DNA from: the human T2T-CHM13v2.0 reference genome, Homo sapiens
Reading direction: 5' to 3' (one strand)
Assembly (NCBI RefSeq): GCF_009914755.1
Contig: NC_060931.1
DNA length: 64,000 nt
The position numbers and the translations under genes are program-made. The stretch's first letter is position 1; each line of letters begins with the position of its first letter. Shown here in pieces: positions 55,755 to 64,000 of this stretch. The notes beneath the pieces were generated by a model, which did no database searches, was not told the origin of the DNA, and saw nothing but the letters and a program-made list of their open reading frames with translations.

Positions 55755-56265
55755 CAATAACTACCATTCACTTGTACTTATTATGTGGCAGACAGACATT
55801 CATTACACACAGTACATGGTTGGCTCAGTACATGGTTATCTCAGATAAGACATCATTACCAAAGATGTGGATATTATTATGATGATATTGTTATCACTAA
55901 CATTTTAAAATATGACAACACGAAGCCATAGTGAAGTTAAATAACTTGACCAGTCCACAGCTAGTAAGTGGCAAAACTGATAGCTAGGGAGATGTGGCTT
56001 AATAGGCACCAAAAGACCCCTGCCCCAAACCTTGCCCCAAACCATGTCCCTCATGGATCTGTCATTCTTATCATTAGATTTGCGGAAAGTAGAATAATAA
56101 TAATGGTGGCAATAATGTTGCTGAGATGTATTGAGCGCTTTCCAGAAATCATCCTCGATTTATAGATGTGAAAACTAAGGCAGAGAATGTTTAAGTAAAT
56201 TGCCCCAAACCACACAGCTAATAAGTGATGGAGCCAGAACTTAAACACAGACCCTAGTGCTAAGC
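55755..56265 (-). mobile_element. two MIR fragments
   Basis: gaagttaaataacttgacc...cacagctagtaagtggca; gatgtgaaaactaaggcagaga...cacacagctaataagtgatggagccag. Confidence 0.75.
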
Positions 56266-56789
56266 TGCTCAGTCAGAGATCCAACTCAGATGTCTGCAGG
56301 AGCAGGACAATGATAGTGTCAAGTGGGCCCCATATAGCATACCTTGAAATACAAAGCAGTATTGACTCATCTTTGATTCATCTATAGACATGTGGTACAA
56401 TTTTCTCCTAATACTAGGGGAAAAAACAAAGCACAAGATCAGTGATAAATGGCAAATGATGCTTTGCCTCAATGTTGAGGATGCAAACACGAGTGCAGAA
56501 ACTATGGCAAATTGGAGAGAGAGCCACTTCACCCAACAGGGCTTCCCCATTCCACTGTAACCCTCCACCTCTGGGTGGGTGTGCAGTACAGTGTTGCCAT
56601 ATTTTCTGAGATAAAGCCAGAAAGACAGATCTTTACAGAAAATCTTTTTCATTTTTAAAAGATAGTAAAGAATTCTGCAGACTACATTGGTCTGTAGCAG
56701 AACACTCTTGACTTCAACACATAGTAAATTGCCTCCTCAAGCAGTTCTATGTGACTGGGATTTAGAATTTGGGGTGAAAAGTGACAGGG

Positions 56790-57070
56790 TGAGTCAAGAA
56801 CAGTGAGGAGGAGCCAGGGTCTGAAGACTCTTGACGCACACCTAAGGAAGCAGAACTTTATTTTCTAGGCTAGGGAAAGCCAGAGCTTTGCTGTTCTGTT
56901 TTAAGAAGGGAAAGGGACCAGATCACAAAGACACCTCTAACGATGTGAAGGTAGAATAACCAGGAAAGATAGCCAAGGCAGTGAGACCAACTGGGAGGTA
57001 ACTGTAATTATCAGCCCCAAACTAAGGTAGTAGCAATGGAGGCAAGAGCATGTACTCAAGTCAACAACTA
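56790..57070 (-). mobile_element. L2 fragment
   Basis: cctaaggaagcagaactttattttctaggc...ggcagtgagaccaactgggagg...actaaggtagtagcaatggag. Confidence 0.6.
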
Positions 57071-58419
57071 ATAGCAAAGATCTTCCCTGATAGACAATAG
57101 ATGTGATTGTATCAAAAGGGGGCACACATATACTCTATTAGATAGCTATACTGGTAGTCCCTTGATTTTTTTTTTTAAAAAAAACACTATCATAAGGAAG
57201 AGGGAGACATTAGCAAATGTGAGGAAGAGCACTATGAGAGAAATAGAGAAGGGTTACAGGATACAACTTGTTAGAGGCTGGGTTTGGCATATGAAAGGGA
57301 AAGAAAATGTTCTTGGCTGGAGAAGAGACAGCTCTAAAACTGCCTAGGAAAACAAAAGTGAATGAGGGAAATAAAGAAAACACATAAAGAGTTCAGGTAT
57401 TAAGAAATTAAGAAGAAATATGGAAAGCCGGCAGGGAAAAAAACAATCAACCAATGAAGAACAGTGAAGGTCCCTAATGTCCAGATTTAATGCAGATGAG
57501 AGAAACCAGTGAAGGCATTTTAAAAAGATGTTGTAATGAAGGCACCAAGAAGATTGCTTTAACAGAGACTGAACTCAAGAATAGAGACCACAATGGAGGC
57601 ATTTATAAGGAGTAGAAGGAAAAGAAGACCAAAATATGGGAAAGGATTTTAGTGATTGGAAACTCACAGGCAAAGATGAGTCTTAGAGATGTCAGAAAGG
57701 AAAATATGACAGGATTCTGGAATATTCTCAGAGTGAAAATAAGGTCTAATCTGTAAAATATACAAAGTTCTCTCTCCACAAGTGCTTAAGAAGCAGCCCT
57801 GAGGAGTGCCAAAGATAACACCAAAGCTGCATTCCGAGGGCATGAGGAGGAGAAAGCAGTTACCAGCAAGTCCCTGAAGGGAAGGGAGCAAGGATTTTAG
57901 CCCTCACCAGGCTTGGTTTCATTGCTTGTAACATCATCCAAATCAGAATAAAGCGTTCAACAGAATGGACTTTTCCAGAAGTAACCTTGTGATGGCTCAG
58001 AGCATTCTGGGAGAGCTGCAATAGTCAAGAAGACTGAAGCAAAAAGGAAAAGCCTCTGCCACACACAGTGCAGAGATAGAGGACCAACAATAATGGCAAC
58101 AAAATATCATATTGAAAAGCATTAAGTTGTACACTAAAAGGGAAGAAATATAAGGAGGTAGGAGGAGGTAACATCATTGACAACAATGTGAAAGGGCTGT
58201 CATTTAGAAGTATGTCATGTTATGTCTGGTATCTTACATACAGTATTCCATCTAAGCCTCACATTAGATATGCAAAGTTACTCTGTTTTGCAGAAAAAAA
58301 AATGTAGAGGCTATGTAAAGTTGGTTATTTGCTAAAAGTCACTTAGATAATAAGTTTTAGAGGCAAGGCTTGTTGGAGTCTCAAACTTATGCATTTTTCT
58401 ACTATACCACACTGTTGGA

Positions 58420-59020
58420 CTATGGACCATCTTCCAATCAGATTACTGCAAAAGCCTTCCTAACTGATATTTCACCCTTTACAATTCTCCTTTCACTATG
58501 TAACTCAAGTAATCTTTCTAAAATGCGAATTTCATCATGGTGCTTCCCTGCTCAAATCCAGTCAAAAAATTCCTTTTGATCTTAAGATGGAGTCCAAACC
58601 ACTTAGCATTCCCTACAAGGCCCTTCAGGATCTGTCCCTACTCACCTTCCCAGCCTTATCACAAGCTCCTCTCATTGCAGCTGACAATGCAATGACTCTT
58701 AATATATTAAAGTCCCCGGAATGCACCCTGCTCATTCTCACCTCCAGGTCTTTGCACACTTTGTCTCTTTTGCCTGAAGCACTCTTCCTGACCTCCTAAA
58801 CTCTCCCCTCAGTCAGTCAATGCAACAGCTTCTCTTCTCTCATAAAATTTAACACACTTTATTGAAATCCTCTCCACCAGTTCTGAGGTCCCCACACCTC
58901 CTAACTGGGAACTACATGAGGAAAGATCCTGTTTCTATCTTGTTCACATTCACACCCACCTAGTAGTGCCCTGACATATCATAGGTGTTAAACACATATC
59001 TTTTGAAATGGATTAATAAA
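58420..59020 (+). mobile_element. L2 3' fragment
   Basis: gattactgcaaaagccttcctaactg...tccaaaccacttagcat...tcacctccaggtctttgcac. Confidence 0.75.
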
Positions 59021-59174
59021 TTGGATGCAGTGGGGCTGTCACTGGTTACTAAGTTAAACTATGGGTAGAGGCAAAGGGCATAACTAACACCAAAGCCTCT
59101 ACTTTTAATGTCTGCAATTTACTGTCTATAGCTGAAGATTCTTTTCTTAGGCATCTCGAAAAATTCAACATTTA

Positions 59175-59483
59175 GGCTGGGCCTCCTCTGGCTCACACCT
59201 GTAATGCCAGCACTTTGGGAGGCCAAGGCGGGCAGATAACTTGAAGCCAGGAGTTCGAGACCAGCCTGGCTAACATAGCAAAACCTTGTATCTACTAAAC
59301 ATACAAAAATTAGCCGGGCATGGTGGTGTACGCCTGTAATCCCAGCTACTCGGAAGGCTGAGGCATGAGAATCACTTTAACCTAGGAGGCAGAGGTGGCA
59401 CTGAGCAGAGATCATGCCACTGCACTCCAGCCAGGTGAAACAGCAAGACTCTGTCTCAAAAATAATAATAATAATAATAATAA
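59175..59483 (+). mobile_element. AluS SINE with (AAT)n tail
   Basis: full Alu body; TSD core acattta. Confidence 0.92.
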
Positions 59484-59936
59484 TCTACATTTAACAGAGC
59501 ATATACTCTATGCACTTCCTGTGCTCAGAGCTATGAGTAATTCTAGGGACAAGACTCAGTTCTTGCCCTAAACAAGCTTGCAGTCTAGTGGAGTAGCCTT
59601 CATATTCCAGTGTGTTACAATTCACATTCTCTTTAAACCTTTTTAGAATTTAGTTGACAAGGGATCCTTGACAGTCTGTTAAGCATTGGGTAACTGCCAA
59701 TTGACTGATCACTAGCTCCAACAAGACTACAAGGGGCTTGAGATTCGAGACTGAATCTTCTTCATCATTATCATCCCAGTGCCCAGCATAGTGGCTGGTA
59801 TATAAAAACAGGTTTAAAATAATCAACTGAATGAATGAAAGAATAGACAAATGAACAAGCAAACAAGCCAAGTCTTGGAATAAAGCTTTGGGATCTGGGT
59901 CAGAGTCTCAGCAGGAATTATTCTCCATCATTCAAC

Positions 59937-59960
59937 AGATAAATGACTCAGCAACAAATA
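59937..59960 (+). promoter_or_regulatory. abutting GATA and NF-E2/NRF2 (ARE/MARE) motifs plus a forkhead-like site; candidate enhancer core
   Basis: AGATAA-ATGACTCAGCA-ACAAATA read directly; function inferred. Confidence 0.4.
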
Positions 59961-61142
59961 CTCTAGGGAAAATCAGCCCATTCGATATAAACACACACAG
60001 AGACACACACACACACTGCAGAGCCACAGGAGTACGGGAGCAGGACAAAAGAGGGCCAGGGTAGGATTTTGGATGGTTTTCCAGTGCCAGCTCAGGTTCC
60101 TCCTGTGACTTTAGGTTCAGAAGGGAGACACTATGGGGCAGGCACACACACATAGAGCAGTGACATGGCTTCATCTGACCCCTACAAACTCAAATCTGCT
60201 TATTGAGACACACCATAGCGATAAATCAATGGAAAAACAGGTAGATACATCAATATAGTGCTCATCACATGTTTTCAAAACTTATTAAGAAAACCTTAAT
60301 TTCACATGGTATTTAAAATGTATGTTAATAATCACCAACACAAATAAATACCCTACTGAAATATCTGAATAGTTGCTATATCTTTCAAAATTAAAACCAA
60401 ATATCAGAACAAAAATAGCTACCTAAATAGCAACCTTTTCACACATACACACACTCCTGAAATTTACCTGCTGCCAACTTGTTATTTAAATAAACATTTC
60501 TGCTACACTTTACCACCAAATAGTACCTTGTAGTCAGTTTAAAAAACCTTTATCAAAGTAAGAGTATGGTATTATTTTGACACCAGACAGTCCTTTGCTT
60601 TTGTGTGGAATCACTGTGTTGCCTGAACAGTGTATGATTTCGTTTTTGTGCAGACAATCAGCAGGTCATTAGTGTACCATACAAATCGCCCTGGACTCAG
60701 GATGGAGCCCTGGGGAACTGAAGCTGTAATAGACTGGAGGGAAGATATGGTGTTGCTGACAGTTACCTCTGATGGCAGTTAAAAGGTATGATTGCAACCA
60801 CATGACAGCTTAATACAACAGATCCCTGAATTGTTCACATGGCAAATTCTGATTAATGGTGTCAATAATCATTATAAATTTTTAAAGTTTTGTAGAGGAC
60901 TCCATTATATCCTACTATCAGAATACAAGACCAACCAGATCCCTTATGAAATAACCATGTTTTATCATTATTTTACTGCCATTGGTTTTACATGTTGGTG
61001 AACGTGAATTTATTCACATATGGAAGGTGGTGGGGGGCAGGGGTCTACTGCATATTTACATGGTTCATGAAGAAATTTTTGCATAAGAAAGTGAATGTAA
61101 GATAAATTGAAACTCAGTATATGAACCAGAATTTGCCACTTT

Positions 61143-61198
61143 CACACACACACACACACACACACATATGCATGCATACACACAGAGATACACACACA
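61143..61198. repeat. (CA)n compound microsatellite
   Basis: direct reading. Confidence 0.9.
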
Positions 61199-62716
61199 GG
61201 ATAAGGTCAATTTCACTGTATCCACATCTGGCAATGATGTGGGCATAGTGAAAAGATTTCAGGTTCCCTCCAGAAAGCCCTTAGGTTACAAGAAAAATCA
61301 TCCTACATCTAATAAACCCATCTTAGATATATCTCCCATATGGTAAAGCCCTGTTTTGCTTTATTCTAACAAATTTGTCCTTGGATTCCTCTCACAGCTG
61401 TTGCTGCTATTGTTTATGATGTATTGAGCCCTGGCAGTGGAGTGATGCACTGTGTACAACAGAGTCAAGATTCCCACATCACTGGGCTGTGTGAGCATTA
61501 AATGATCTCACCTGTGAAGAGTCCAGAGCACCCAGTATATTTAGGGGCCTGACATGTAATAACTGCTCAAAAAATGGTGCCAAAAAAATTTTTTTAACTA
61601 AAATATTCTAGGCACTTAGTCTCAAGAAGAAAAAACAGAGTAGGTTTCTAAACCAGATTACCACCAAGGTAATAAGGATGCTAAAACAAACAAACAAATA
61701 AATAATCCTTCCTCACAATTTCCCCCTCACTATTTTCCACCACAGTTTGGTTTGACTTGAGAAACACTGGAGCCTGTATGTGCCCAGCACTGGGCTAGCA
61801 CTGGAGGCATGGAGATGACTATGGCCACCCCCCAGCTGTGGGTGGCTGCCCCTCTGCTGGAGACATGAAACACCTGAAATTCTTTGAAAGCTGAGTCTTT
61901 TGCCACCACAACAGTATTTAGAAAATTTATTATACAAATTCACATAAATGATATAATCCTATAAAGGAAGATATTTGCTCCTGTAACACTTACTATTTAG
62001 GTCAGCTGACTTTTTCATATTCTGGTAGACTCCTCCTTAATGTATAGCTGCCATACATACAGGAATCATCTTTTTATTTTGCAATGAGTTACCTAGCATA
62101 AGTGAATGATTCAAATGTGCTAAAAATCAGTAGACTAAATTAATGCTGATTAAAAGAGCCTATGATAGCAAGCCTATAGATATAATTCTTGTCTATAAAA
62201 TATATCATAGCTATTACCAAAGAAATTAATCTAAAACTTAAAATTACCAATACTAGCTAGATGTCAATAAATATTACTAATATCAACAGATAATTCTAAT
62301 CCTTTTGGTCTATCTGCATGGGTAATCTTCAGGCATGTAGCCTGCAGATTTCCTCAATACTTTGAGTTGTTCAATATCATTACTAATGTTTGGAGGTTCC
62401 CCACCCCAAGGATTTCCCTTTCCATTTCTATCAAGTTTCAGCAGATCCTTTTCTGAAGTTTAAGTAAGACAAGCGGCTTGCCTGTTCCATATCAATTTGA
62501 CTTGGAATTTAGAAGCTAACCCTTCCTCCTCTTCCTCTTCATTTTCCTTACTTTACTAGCCTCATCTCCCTTGTTTTACTTTCTTCTCAAGTTCTTTTTT
62601 TCCATGCTTTAAGTATTAATTTAAAAGCTCCCCTTTCCTATGCTCTAAGAAAAAAGAATAGCAGAAGGAACAGAAGACAGGTTTAGAAGGGTGATCAAAC
62701 ATGAAGAAACAAGAAT

Positions 62717-62760
62717 TTTGAAGCTCCTACGCCTTTGAAGCTCCTACTCCTTTAAAGCTC
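62717..62760. repeat. 17-bp tandem repeat, about 2.6 copies
   Basis: tttgaagctcctacgcc tttgaagctcctactcc tttaaagctc. Confidence 0.9.
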
Positions 62761-62923
62761 AGCTTCTCTCTCCGCAATGGCCAAAAACAGATGGACATTC
62801 TAGAAAGACTAAAAGAAAGAAGATGCTAGGTAGGAGGAGACAGAATGTTGAAGGGAGGAACTCATCTCAAGTTCTTCCTTCTTCTAATCTCTTCTTTCCA
62901 CAACTCATATGCAGTGGCCTTTA

Positions 62924-63268
<345 letters not shown>

Positions 63269-63884
63269 TCAGAGTAGGTAAAAGGGACAAATGGCATGAA
63301 GTAAAATTCCACTCACACACACACAAAAAAATTCCCCAGGGTGCCTCTAGATAAATTGCTCAAGTGTTGTTCTCCACCCCTCTCCCAGGCCAATACACAA
63401 CACTAGGCCACCTCACACCTGAACTTCTGGTTGAGCCAGAAGAGCACTAGAAGTCTGAGGGCAGGGCCAGAAGCCCAGCAGAGCCCCAGGCAGTGGGCCC
63501 AGCCATCACCTCTGCAGGGCTGGGACTACATTTGCCCCCCAAACAACCCTCAGAAAGTTGGGTAGGAGGAGCAGTGGGGAAGGTCAAAGGCAACTTGGGT
63601 TGGCACCAACGAGGCCTCACTCACCTTCCACCAGGCTCCAACCCTGGCTATCTCAGATGGTGCAAGAGTCTTCTAACTCTGTCTTCCAACTTCCAGTTAA
63701 ACCAGAAGCTGGACATTCAAGGGAGGGGCCAGGAATGTGGCCAGCCAGGTACAGGGACATTACTGCCACACTTCCCATCATGGCCCACAAGTGAGATCCA
63801 GGCCACACAGGTGTACTTGTTGGACAGAAACATTCTGAGATTCTATTTAAAAAGTCTTCTATTCCAGATATTAAACAATCATGA

Positions 63885-64000
63885 CTGCCATTTGCTGGCC
63901 GCTTACTATATATGGCCTGGACTCACCACGAAATAGGTCATTTAATTCTAACAACAACCCTATACAGTAGATACAGTAATTACCTCCCCTTTAGATACTA
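63885..64000 (-). mobile_element. MIR, truncated by the window end
   Basis: gcttactatatgg...catttaattctaacaacaaccctatacagtagatac. Confidence 0.75.

Noticed and set aside
61845-61862. CTCF-like ccagcagaggggcagc on the - strand
   Set aside because: An extra G breaks the core spacing; not supportable without ChIP data
62717-62760. Short direct repeats (also 23201-23272) as a CRISPR-like array
   Set aside because: Simple local duplications without unique spacers, in eukaryotic DNA
63493-63936. Longest ORF in the track (147 aa)
   Set aside because: GTG start, runs into a MIR, no recognisable domain

Overview
Primate (human-like) genomic DNA, AT-rich, with no CpG island and no recognisable protein-coding exon. 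All ORFs in the track are explained by Alu/L1/LTR/L2 sequence, low complexity or chance. A large share of the window is interspersed repeat: 13 Alus (AluY, AluS, AluJ), a truncated L1PA, several old L1M 3' ends, many MIR and L2 fragments, four LTRs (MSTD-, MLT1A-, MLT1J-, MLT2B-like), a full-length Tigger3b, a MER94, MER5 fragments and a full-length 7SL RNA retropseudogene. Subfamily calls are by eye from remembered consensus sequences. Most L1s and LTRs lie on the + strand, which suggests the window is inside a long intron of a gene transcribed on the - strand; I cannot name that gene. The unique sequence contains: a 40-bp-arm inverted repeat that pairs fully on the - strand (pri-miRNA-like or cruciform); a - strand 3'SS/5'SS junction shaped like a recursive splice site; a - strand donor embedded in a strong G-quadruplex motif; several good non-coding exon candidates on both strands; and an abutting GATA + NF-E2/ARE motif. 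I found no evidence for a new multi-component system; these are individual candidates needing conservation and RNA data.
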